The notes below the pieces were generated by a model that saw nothing but the letters and a program-made list of their open reading frames with translations, was not told where the DNA came from and made no database searches. From positions 1-64,000 of the forward strand of contig DF237269.1 of NCBI GenBank assembly GCA_000708835.1: a stretch of 64,000 bases of DNA, written 5' to 3'. Source of the DNA: Klebsormidium nitens. Lineage: Eukaryota > Plantae > Klebsormidiophyceae. Shown here piece after piece: positions 12,201 through 23,432 of this stretch (position 1 is the first letter of the stretch; each line of letters begins with the position of its first letter). The position numbers and the translations under genes were made by a program.

Positions 12201-12738
12201 GCGGCTGCGACCGCGCACTGGAGGGTTTGTGCAATGCGGCGATGTACAGACCCCCAGAGTGGACGACGGGAGCGGGATCGGGAGGCTCGACTTGCTCAGC
12301 GATGATACGAGCGACTATAGTGACTACTTCGCTGACCTTACCGAGAATGACGAGGGTTTCAGCTTCTTCGGGTGGAGATTCCCGGGCGCGGGCGCGCGTT
12401 CGGAACCGCACAAAACCCCGACCATCAAGGCGTGCCTGAAGCTCGTCGAGCGCGCGCTGCGCGAGGACGACCCCGCGCGCGTCAGGGACCTGGTGACGTC
12501 ATTCTGGACGCTTATACCGCACTTATACAACTACATGACGCGCGTGGCGGGTGAGCAAGGGGCGGTGTACGCTTCAGAATTGTCCAAGTTGGAAAGTTCG
12601 CTTGAGGGCGAGTTTATGGAGACGGCCTGGGTCACGGACGGCGGAAGGCTCCATGAGCGGACGAAGAAGTTGCTAGAGAAGGTACGGGAGATTTTGATGC
12701 GCGCGCAGGCGGCGCTCGGCGGAGGCGACCTGATTTGA
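6267..12738 (+). CDS. VIT (vault protein inter-alpha-trypsin) + von Willebrand factor A domain protein, 6 exons, with a 1-nt frameshift in exon 4 (pseudogene or sequence error)
   Basis: Exons 6267 (alternative in-frame ATGs 6132, 5835)-6422, 7445-7699, 8089-8355, 9126-9526, 10212-10619, 11512-12738. VIT motifs: PLEATYIFPLP, FRFPLVVAPRYIP. vWA MIDAS: VVFVLDRSGSMAG, plus VLMTDAQI and IFAVGID. Exon 4 is 401 nt between phase-0 junctions, so it is not a multiple of 3. Confidence 0.88.
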
Positions 12739-15601
12739 AGCGGAGCCGATTGGACAATAATGGTGGAATACAGCTTGCGCACAAAGGCGGTTTTGTAAAC
12801 AGCACATATGCTGTTTGACCGAACAGAAAATGGAAAGCCTATGCCAAGTAAATATCAAGATTTGCACTTTGGGATCCATCATTAAAACGGTGGGAGACAA
12901 AAGATAGGCATAAGAAGCAGACTAGAACGCATCGTGACGTGCTAGGATCAGAGATCCGCTCGACCAAGTGTATTCCTCTGTTGCGTATTAAAAAAGACAT
13001 TTGCACATGTTACAAAAGACTTCGATCGATTTGTACACGATGTTCTGACTACCTTCTTTTCCCAACAGATAACTTAGACAGAACATATCCTTACACTTAT
13101 CAGCACCCCATCAATGTTTTCGCAAATATGATCGAGTCATTGACCTTTTCTGCAAGCTTGCCAACTTTGGATTACTCCGCGCTCCGCCTTTGAGCATACT
13201 AGGGAAGCACAACCGCAATCATATACGCTCGCTCATCTGTATTTTTCCTATATTGACGTATGTCATTTACGTTACTCTATGTCATTCGCTTACTATATGC
13301 ATTCACTCAAACATCCTCTGATTGATTGAGTTAGTTTATGATCCGAGGATCTTAGACCTTGTGACGAGGCTTTTTGAAGTAATCATGCAGCTGCGAGTTG
13401 AGTTCGGACCCTACACGAACAGTTTCTATTCCAAATGCCAGACGAATAAGTGCCATCATATCCTAGTACCTCCACATTCAGCACCTACGGAAGGTTGTCT
13501 TAACCTGGAATATTGGCAAACCAACTTCGTATACCGTTTACATCAAACGAGTCGCATCCAGCATCGCAACGAGCTAGACGTCTGCCGTTACAGATTTGGC
13601 AAAAACGAAAGGAAAGAATCATTGTCTTTCTTGGCCGCCTTCTTTCGGGAATGCAAACCATGTCGAAAGCGGACCGCTCCCTGAGGGGATGCTCCACCTC
13701 CGTCCGTTCTGATCGAGCGGGTTCGAAGTTTCGAAGACCCCGGTTTTTCTTGCCCCCGGGTGCTCAGGCCGCTCATTTTTCCCCTCATTCATGCTCGGGC
13801 CTTCTGATCAGCTGCCGTAAACGTTCGCGACCACGTAGATGGCGCGTTTTGGCACCGAGGTGAACGGGTTTATTGGTCGACAAAGTTGTGCCAGGTAAAT
13901 TAGCAGTCGAGGCGCGTTATCCCGGGGCCCTCCCTCAGATGAACGCCTAGCGTTTTGTGTCAAAGCCGTAACTTTGAAAATCCTCAATTGTGAGCGACCC
14001 CGTAGGCCCAGTCGCCCACATTCACTTCAAGCTCGTTGCGTGGTCCTTCTGCAGATTGCTGCGTATCTTAACGGCACAGATTGCTTGCCAAGCATTTGTG
14101 GGCTTTGATCTCGGTTCATGGGGAACAGACTGTTCTGGATATCAGCTTCCCGTTTTACCTAGAGCTCGAGGCATTTGAGCGAGGCATTTATTTATTTGAA
14201 ATTCCTCCACGACTCGGATTTTTGAGTATCGACTTATGGATCTGTCAGTGTGTTTGATTGTGCTGGATTGGACAGTTATGACGGAGACGTGTTCGAACGT
14301 CGAGGAACTCTTGTAGGCGTGCATCTTTTGTAGGCAGGACTCGTCGTTAAAGTCTGCGTGATTCGCAGTGACAGTCGCTGAAGTAGGGGCCCGCGCTATT
14401 ACCTGAATCAATTTTACTGAACGGTTCGCTCGTTCAGCAGGAAGCGCTTTTCAGAACACGAGTAAATATGGCGTTACTTCATCACTCTTCGCTCTTGGCA
14501 GGTTGCGGTACTCATAAGGATATAGGTTGCAAATTTGATCCAATCCTCGACGGCCACTGCTCTGTCCGGCTTTAACTCTTCACAGACCGGAAGCTGGAAA
14601 GCACTAGCGGTTGAGCTCATGAATACGTGAGTTGTTCTGTTGTTTGAGAGGTTGATGATGTTCGAGGACAGATCTTCTATCAGGAACATTCTAGAAAATA
14701 CGTTCCTTAGTAAGATATTGGTCCGGCTATTTGATAGCAAGCACGTACAGAAGAGAGACTGCATGCCAAAGCCGCCGCTTGCTAAATAGGGACCACAAAG
14801 GCAGCCGCGCACAAAATAGCTTTGCTTGCATGCGCACAAAGTCTTATTGAAATGTGAAACACGCCGAATAAGAGTAGAGTTGCACACACGCTGCGTGCCG
14901 AGAACACACGCTTCACGATGACCAGCTCCGTTTGATCTTAGTTCTGCAACGCATGTATATCGACTCATGCATACATGCCACATGGTCGATCAGTAAAGTA
15001 AGGCGAGCGCCGGCGTCTGAAATCAGCTTGAACATGAGTACATCTCTGGCAGCTGATTTGGCAACCGGGCCCTGCTCGTATGTTTAATATTCATGGAATG
15101 TATTTCGAATTTCATGACCCTCTGACAACATTTAGAACACTGATTACATGGCGCGCGTGCAAGAGCAGGCTCGATGTCATGATCGAGCCTCGAATTTGAG
15201 GCTAGCTATGCTCAAACTCATGATGCATGATATATTCGATGGGCCAGTGTAGATCATGTTCCGCTGATCTTCTTTTGAAAAAGGAGCTGTGACTGGATCA
15301 AGCACCTTGCAACACTAGCCTCAAAATGTAGATTGGACAGAACGAGAAATATCAGATCGTCAGATCCATAAGATGCATACTTTAGCTAGCCTGCTTACTA
15401 TCTAAGCTTACTACTTACTACTAGTTATGTATGCTCTAAAGCCTCCCAACTACAAGCTGGCCAGTAATACAAATCTTGTGTTGAGACAGGTTGCAACTGG
15501 ATTTTGAACATATTGAATACTTGCATGATATAATGCTTAGGATATGTATTACCAATTTGTGTCAAACCTCCTATGTACATTGATGAAATGTTCTCTTCAA
15601 A

Positions 15602-15669
15602 TACTTCCCTCTCCATTGGCCTTTCATTATCAACCTACTTCCCTCTCCATTGGCCTTTCATTATCAACC
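15602..15669 (+). repeat. Perfect 34-bp tandem duplication
   Basis: TACTTCCCTCTCCATTGGCCTTTCATTATCAACC at 15602-15635 and 15636-15669. Confidence 0.95.
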
Positions 15670-15981
15670 TAATATAAAGCCAAGTATCCTTTATATAGCT
15701 ATTTGGTGTCGGACCTGTCTTCTGGCTCTTGCTATTTTAATCCGTGTCTTTATGTGGGCTCTTCTGAGCAGAAATGAATGTCGCTTGCAGCGGTCGATAT
15801 CGACCCCAAAGAATGTAGTATACATGTGTGAATATACTGCACCTTACCATACACTTCCACCCTCCCGAAAACAATCTGCGCATTGATCTGTCCGGTGGAT
15901 CTGCGGTTGGCATGACAGACTATCAATACTAGAGGTCGGACATTTGGGCCGGCCCATATCCTAAGGCGGATCCTTGCCTGT

Positions 15982-16785
15982 TCACACTTCCTCCGGCAAG
16001 CTCGCTAAGATGATTCTGAGCACTCTAGCCAACCAATGTGCCCCCCAATGGAATATCTCAGCAAAAACCACCCTGGATGCTGACTTTGCCCAATCCAGAA
16101 GCGGTCCCATGGCCCTGAACACCCATGCTCCAACAAAGAACACACAGTACAAGAGCTCAAGGTAAGCCACCACATCTCGAGCAAGGGGCTGAGCCTGCTC
16201 CAGACCCCTGTTGCCCGCGCCGTTCAGTCTCACTCCCCGCCAGGTGAGCGCTGAGGACTCATCCCCACTGTTGATACCGTTGACCCCCTGATCAAAGGCT
16301 ATGTCAACAGACCCAGCTGAAGACTCCTGGAAGCTCACGTGCACTGACTTTGCGTCGCTTGGGACCGGGAAGTTGAGCGTCAGTCCATTGTGTGCCCCGT
16401 CTCCGTCAACAGTGACGCTGATAGTTGCTTTAGGACGCCTCTGGAGGGATCCCTTCCTTTGTAAGAGGTCCAGCGCAGCATCACTGGGGCTGCGAACCAG
16501 AGGTGTAGATGATACATTCCAAGGTGTGCTCTGACTGTCGGCGGCACACTGCAGAGCATTGGAGCTGCTATCAACATTCTGACTGGAATATTCCTCCCCT
16601 CCTGAAAGGACCCTGAGCTGGTGAAATAGGGTTGTGAATGTTGGCTTGAGCTTTGCAACCACCTTGGGGGGCACAAAGTAGAGCGCAGCAGAAAGAGCAC
16701 CTTTAGCAAGGTCCATCTTGACAGGATCCTTGCTCCGGCAAGCTACTATGAGGTCCCTGAGGTACGATCTAAAATCGATGAGCAA
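15982..16785 (-). CDS. Hypothetical protein with a hydrophobic C-terminal region; 5' end unresolved (may be a terminal exon)
   Basis: 267-codon open frame with protein-like composition and hydrophobic segments (VVAYLELLYCVFFVGAWVF; VVFAEIFHWGAHWLARVLRIILA). There is a possible TTTTAG acceptor near 16770. No family recognised. Confidence 0.5.
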   Translation of the reverse strand: MLIDFRSYLRDLIVACRSKDPVKMDLAKGALSAALYFVPPKVVAKLKPTFTTLFHQLRVLSGGEEYSSQNVDSSSNALQCAADSQSTPWNVSSTPLVRSPSDAALDLLQRKGSLQRRPKATISVTVDGDGAHNGLTLNFPVPSDAKSVHVSFQESSAGSVDIAFDQGVNGINSGDESSALTWRGVRLNGAGNRGLEQAQPLARDVVAYLELLYCVFFVGAWVFRAMGPLLDWAKSASRVVFAEIFHWGAHWLARVLRIILASLPEEV

Positions 16786-17797
16786 GATCGAGCTCAGAGG
16801 ACGCCTCGAAAGGCAGGACAGGCATCACGCGTTCGGATAGGTGCGACTACTCCCTGCATAGGTCAAGTGAATGAGGCCGCCGCGCCACCCTCTAGGGTTA
16901 CTTTCAACAAACATCGGCCCGTCGTCAACACTTCCTTCTGCTGAAGCTCTCCCTCCCGGCGCCCTGACTGCTGGCAGGGCCGCTAGTTGAGCTGTGAAAT
17001 GCAGCTTCCCCTAGATCTGACTCTGAGCTTTCAAGAACCATGCTAATTGGCATTGCTGACGTTGACCAGTGTCGAAGAATCCCAACTTCCAAGTAAAACC
17101 GATGAGAATCTCGAGGAGCGGGACTTGCTTCAATATGTGTCCCTTCCTGCCGTCTTTCATAGACGGCGTTGGACCGACCGGGATCAGCTGAGCCGTTGCC
17201 GGTGCCGCTTTGACCGTTGTCGTTATGAAGGTATTATTCACATCAAGCTGAATCATTTAGTAAATAGGGAACAGGACCCAGGCGCGGGGCGCATCCTCCC
17301 TTTCGTATCAAGCTAGCACGCAGCACGGATGTCTGGACAGCATTCTGAGCACTCATTCAGCTCTTCACCCCTTCCTCTAGCAAGCGGAGGACAGGAGACA
17401 ATTCTCGCAAATCCATGCCGCATTGCTGGAAACCGACCTTCTGTGGCCATTCTGCCCGATGCTTGCCTTTCGACAGGCTGCATTGGTCCAAACGTTGGAA
17501 GCTTTGGCACATCATTGCTGCAGAGGGAAAGCGGAGCAGCCCATCACTTGCTTCTTTTCCTCTTTTCAGCACCAGCTTCGAACAGCTTGGCAGGATAACA
17601 GACAGAAACCTGTGCGAGCGAGCGACTTGCTCTCTCCTGGTTTAAAGATCCAGAGTCACGACCAAGACAGACTTTCCACCAGCAGCATTGAGTCAACTCG
17701 AAGGTACACAGCACTTAGTCACACTCTTGGAGCTGAGAAGTGTCCATCTTCTGCAGAGCGGCCGTTTGGAACAGGTATTGTCCCTGGATCTGACAGA

Positions 17798-18942
17798 ATG
17801 CCAGCTCACTGGCTGCTCAAAAGCGAGCCTGAGGAATGGTCCTGGGAGGACCAGGTCAAGAAGGGGGTGGAGAGCTGGGACGGAGTGCGCAATGCGCTGG
17901 CGCAGGTCGGCAATGCACATTTCTCATCTTCTCAATTTCTCATCTCTCTGCTCATCTTCTCTCTGAGACGGATTGAAGTTGCAGCTGAATGAGACAGATT
18001 GTTGATCAGCATTTGATACAGGGTCCAACGTCGAATCAGCAAGGTCCCCAGCAGCAAGCGAAGCACTTGTGCACTGCCACTCACCGTTTACAATCGGCAA
18101 AGTCCTCCTTTGTTTCAGTCCTTGAATAATAGTCCAGCTTTTTGCAATCAAGAGCTGCTTATGCCCTTGAAGACGCCACAACCCCAGAGCGATGCACCTG
18201 CTTTTTACTACGTTGTTCAGGTTCTGATTCTCATTTTACGCCTGTGGTGCAGAAAAATATGCGAGCCATGAAGTGTGGAGACCTCTGCTTCTTCTACCAC
18301 TCTGGTAAACAGAAGGCTGTGGTCGGGATTGTCAGCGTATGTAAGGAGATCTATCCAGACCCTTCGGATGAAACTGGCAAGTGGGGCATGGTCGACGTGA
18401 AAGCAGAGAGGCCCCTTGTTCAACCGGTCACTCTTGGGGAGATGAAAGCTGATCCCACATTTGTGGACTTGATACTCATTCGTCAGTCGCGGTTGTCAGT
18501 GGTGCCGCTTGAAGAGAAGCATTGGGACAGGATCAACGAGCTCGGGAGTGTAAAAAGGGAAGAGGAACCAAAGAAGCCTCGGAAACGAGCAAAGAAGGAC
18601 AAGGGAACCGAATTGGAGCCAGAGGTGGGGGTTCGAGCTACAAGTGAAGTGGTTGATGAGGGAGTTGAAGGAGTGGTTGTGATGGACTCGACAAAGATCG
18701 AAGAGGAAACCGAGAAGGACGATAATAAAGGTGGGCCGAAAGGTAGAAAGCCTAGAAAAAGGAAGGCTGTTGAGAGTACAGGGCAGGTCTTGGACGTTGA
18801 TGAGAAGAGTCGAAAGGAAAGGACAAGTGGTAGTAAGGTCGTGAACAAGCAAGTGGAGAAGTCGGCAACCAGTACAGAAGGTGATGCTTCCCTAAGAAGA
18901 AGCGGTCGAAGTCAAGAAGACCCTAGGCCTTCATGCCTGTAA
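17798..18942 (+). CDS. THYN1: EVE-domain protein (thymocyte nuclear protein 1-like) with a Lys/Glu-rich C-terminal tail, about 265 aa
   Basis: Exons 17798-17905 and 18253-18942 join in phase 0. EVE motifs: HWLLKSEPEEWSWED, WDGVRNALAQKNMRAMKCGDLCFFYHSG, RQSRLSVVP. Confidence 0.92.
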
Positions 18943-19704
18943 TTTCAGGTTGTCCGTATTCAAGTTGCACACATTGGCACAGTGATCCAGGCTGCACAGT
19001 CACTTTGTTGCTGTTCAAATATTGCATGGTGCAGAAGCAAGACGGTTGTCAGTCCAAGGCAGATTAAGGGATAAATGAATACTGCAAGCCAATGATGAGC
19101 ATTAAGACTGTACAGGCAATCAGTCACAATCAGTGCAATGTACTCTGCAAAATTCGCCTCAAAATATTCGATGCATCAAACTACACCTGGTTTCATGCAT
19201 CCGGACGGCCACGGGCTTCATATGCAGCTATGAGACAATCCATGCACATATATGGAGAGCTGGCAACATCGCATGTGGTGCGCTTGCACCATCATACTTG
19301 CGTACCGTTGCATGCAGCAGTTGAGATCAAATCAGGCGGCTTCTGACCATGCTTCGAATTGCAATCATCAACCTGCAAGTAACATGGAACCACATAACAG
19401 GCCGGCTCGACCTGCATTCATCACATGAGCTGAATCATGTTAAACATCTAGTCTCTACCACTGTGACATGCAAATCAGCTCAGCTCGACATGTTGCAACG
19501 CAAATTTGCAAATTGATTGCAAGGGAGACCTCTGTCTGTAACCGTCTCACGACAGCCCCGCGAATTTGCCAGACAGTCATGTAAAATCTAGCGGTAAGGA
19601 CAGGTCAAAGCACAGCCCTTCGCCAATGACACGGAGCTTCCCCCTCAGATCGTTTATGTGCCTCCAGTGACACGTTTCTCGAGCCAGGAAGCTAGTGGCG
19701 CAAT

Positions 19705-22456
19705 CTACTTGCCCTTGGCCGCTGCCCTCAGGGCATCGATCACCGTATGGACTCGGCGCTGCTGCCTAAACGTGGCCAGGCCAGCGGTCAACGCGTTCTG
19801 TTTCAGCATCTCCTTCACGTTCCCGACCCCAGAAGCCGCCTGCGCGGTCAGTTGCAGAAGCGGGGCAGTCGAGGCGAGGACGTCGATCCCGGCCAGGTGC
19901 TGCGCCCACTTGAACGGCCTGAAGGGGCGGCTCGAGTCGAACTGGAAAGTCCCGCCCATCAGAGCCTTAACCGCCTGGAAAGCGTGATTGTGTCGGGATG
20001 AGTAAACAGGCAAAGGCGGGAACGGAAGCGCTGGAAATCGACACTGAGCTTTCGGATCGTCAGTGCAGGCTTTTATTAGATAAATGCAGAGGTCAGAAGA
20101 GGTAACGAAGTGCAGGTGATGGTCTGCATCCGTTGAACCTCCAGAATATTGGCCGGGCCGATATAGACGTACAGAAATACTCCACAAGCCTTCTGCAAGA
20201 CGGTCCCTGAAGCAGACAAGGACAGCGAAATGTTCGATTGAGTGTCTGCCCAACGTGTCTGACGGCAACGCATACATGAAAGTTATGAGTGTAAGGCGCT
20301 GCCTTTTCCACACAGCGTGACCTTCTCAATCTGCATTCGGGGGACCAATCACCAGGTGGGCCACTTCGCACGACGCCCTCTTTGCGGAAGACACAAAGGA
20401 CTTCAGACAATTCAGACCCTGCGTTAATTGACGACGCCAATGATCATACTGGTTCATTCTTGAGGGACATGAGTAAGTAGATTACCGTGAAATGCAAACC
20501 GAAATATCAGGGTCCGGAGAACTGCGTCATAGTCGTCAGTGTCTTCCCCCCCAAGACCGAGGGTAAGGAATGAGACAAAGCAAACAAGATCATCCTTTCT
20601 CTGGGATACACAAAATGAGGGTCGACTGCGCCTGGAAAAAGGGAAACAGGTGACTGTTTGAGGAAACAGTACTCGGTCGATTCCCCAGTCCCAGCCACGA
20701 AATTGGACAGAACGCTAAAGCATTCAAGGCATGAAATCATGAAGAGCAGTTTACGAACTCACACCATTGCGAAAGCATGGCCTAGACCCTTGAATAATCA
20801 TGCCTGATCAGCCCTATCCCTGAGTCGTACTTTTCTACCCTCGCTCCCCGCACCTCAAGAAAAGAGCACAAAGAAAGGCCAAACATCTGCGGTTTCACCA
20901 GGCTACCAGGACTTACAACAAACATGGAGAAGAAAAGTTAGCCCTATTGCTCACCTCGGTAGGCGCTTCCTCTCCAACGTCATCAGGAAACACCCGTTTG
21001 AGAATCCCGCTTCCGTCTGCTTTCCCATCCAGAGTCACTGCCTGCGCCGCAACCAGGTTGAGTTGCCGCAAGTACTCAAACCGCACTCGTACCACAACGT
21101 CGTTCTTCTGATTGCCTTCTTGCCCCCGCACTTGCAGTGAAACCAACAGGGGGTGCGTCTGGTACATGTTCTGCTCCATCTCGTCCCCCGTCCGCTGCCG
21201 TTTCCGCCTCCCCTCCTCCTCCTCGCTACCCTCTAGAGGGCTCCTCCTGCTTGTGAGCACCTTCGAAACCTCTAAAAGTGCCAGCGCCTCAGCTTCCTTC
21301 GAGCTCCCCAACACCTCCACGTCAAGCCCATCATCCACCGCCTCCTTGTACGCGAGCAACTGCGTATACAGAACGTACAACGGCCCTGGCAATAGCTCCG
21401 CCAGCCTGTGCTGCTTGATCTCACTCTGGCGCGCCAGCCCTAGCGACTGCTCGACCGGGAGCGCTGCCTTTTTGACGGACTTGAGCTGCGCCGAGATTGT
21501 CTCGAGGAACTTTCGGCGCTCGGTGACTTTCTCGGCCAGCTGCTGCTTCTGCGCCTGGAGCGTGCTCAACTTCTCCACAAGCTCTTTCCTCTGCAGAGGA
21601 GATGGAGGGCGTTTGACGTTGGAAAGGATTGATCATGGAAAGCAGACGTTCCATTCCTCCAGCGAGGGGTGAAAAGCAGGAAACCTGTCGGAAACACTTG
21701 AAGGGTCAAAATAGATACTGCGTGCCGCCATGCCCCCTGGCATAACACAAAGCATAACACAAAGCTGCAATTCCAAGTACAGAGAGTTGCATTCGAGTTG
21801 ACATTGGCAGAACACAAGCAAGAACTTTTTGGTGGTGGTAGGAAGCACCACCTCTCGAAAGATGAAACTTTGTTCTGCTCAATGAACAATCACACAGACT
21901 AAAAACGCAAAATGAATTGCAACCCCCATCAGATCAGTCATAATCCAGCTTGCCTTGGGCAATCCGAAAGCCAAAGTACAGAAGCATCAGTTACCTGTGC
22001 TAGTTCCAATCTCAACCGTGCCAATAGCAGTTGGTGAGGATCCTCCTTCAGCTTGGCATCGCTCTTCTGCTCCTCGCTCGCATTCTTCCAAAACACTTCT
22101 TCCGCTTGCAACTCAATGCCAGGAAACTTGGTCTTGAACTCGCGGCATGCCCGGATCTCCCTCAAAAAGTGATCCCTTTCGTAGAGCAGATTGTTCAACT
22201 CCAGCGTAGCCTTGTCAAGAGGGGCTTTTGCCTCATCAGTCTCCGCCTTCACTTTGTCCTCAGCGAGGTAAAAATTGCGGCACAACCGCCGGAGATCAAT
22301 CAAATGTATCGCAGCATCGGTCAGGGCTGCTTTTATCTTTGCCGTGTCTTCCTCTGTCCGCTTCAAAGCGAGCGCTTCTCCAAGGCTCTCCTTCAGACCA
22401 TGTACAGTGAGCGATAGCAGGTTGGCGCCACCGTCCTGGCCGTCAATCTCCATCAT
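19705..22456 (-). CDS. THOC5: THO complex subunit 5 (Fms-interacting protein family)
   Basis: Exons 22456-21995, 21590-20955, 19974-19705 are phase-consistent. Motifs: LELNNLLYERDHFLREIRACREFKTKFP, ELLPGPLYVLYTQLLAYKEA, RPFKWAQHLAGID. The stop at 19705 is the simplest model; a further 3' exon is not excluded. Confidence 0.92.
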
Positions 22457-22626
22457 TTTGATGGCCTGAAAATTTATAACGCAGCACGTGAGGAATAGAG
22501 GTGGAAAAGAAAGCACAGAACACTTCAGCTAGTCCTACACTACCGGTATTGCAAATGCACCACCGTGACAGTGACCACTCCCTCCACTGCCAGAAACGAA
22601 GCGTCCATTCCACACTTGGGCCACCA

Positions 22627-22635
22627 AAACCCTAA
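22627..22635 (+). promoter_or_regulatory. Telo-box (AAACCCTAA) upstream of THOC5
   Basis: Exact AAACCCTAA about 170 bp upstream of the THOC5 start, within the divergent promoter region. Confidence 0.4.
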
Positions 22636-23432
22636 CCCATTGTTTATTTTAACCCAAGCTGCTAACCTTGCACAATGCTTGCCACACGCTGACGTCATGA
22701 TTTTGTACGATGACCGTTTCTTATGCCGAAATAATAGGTCGAGAGTCGAGCGACAGGTCGCAACCAATCAGAAGCGAGGACGAGAAAGAAAAGCTACCAT
22801 GTCATTGGTCGAGCGTGATTCGAGCCTAGCCGGATGCATCATGCACCCTAGGAACTGATGTCACTCACTATGTACTGGCTCAAGATAGGGTCAATAGGCT
22901 ATGGACCTGGTTCCAGGTCTGGTGACTCTGGTCTGGACTCTGGAGCAGGGCTTGCCACCAACTTTCACCGGTGCCGGCCGTCTACCGGCCCTTCTACATT
23001 TCTACCGGCTGGCCACACGGGCTAAAGCACCGGGCTCCGGTTTTGACCAGGCGCCGAGCATTTTTTGCCGGCTGTCCAGCCGGTGGGGTGCCTTCGGCAC
23101 CGGTGCATCTGTCATTTCTGCCGGCCAGGTCCAGCTTAAACACCGGTTCGTGGCAAGCACTGCTCTGGAGTCTGGACTCTGGACTCTGTTCGGAAAAGTT
23201 GCAAGCCTGAACTTGCTGAAGGTTGAACTTGAAGGCTGAAGCCCAGCAAAAAGAAGATGAGGCATTGATCCGGGTTCTCATTCCATCTGCACTGAGGTGG
23301 ATGTTCTTCGTTCTCGTGTCACTATTAGTAATAGTTCGATTAAAGGTCCATTCAATCCTCATTCCTTCTTCATTCGAGCAGTGTGATCAGGCTCTGATTG
23401 ACAACATCATTGGAGTCCTCATTGTTCCCACG

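Noticed and set aside
11581-12411. 276-aa minus-strand ORF and other overlapping ORFs
   Set aside because: These are antisense or alternative-frame shadows of the GC-rich VIT-vWA last exon.
14474-14983. 169-aa minus-strand ORF
   Set aside because: It starts at a non-ATG codon, has Cys/Ser-rich non-coding-like composition, and shows no motifs or splice support.
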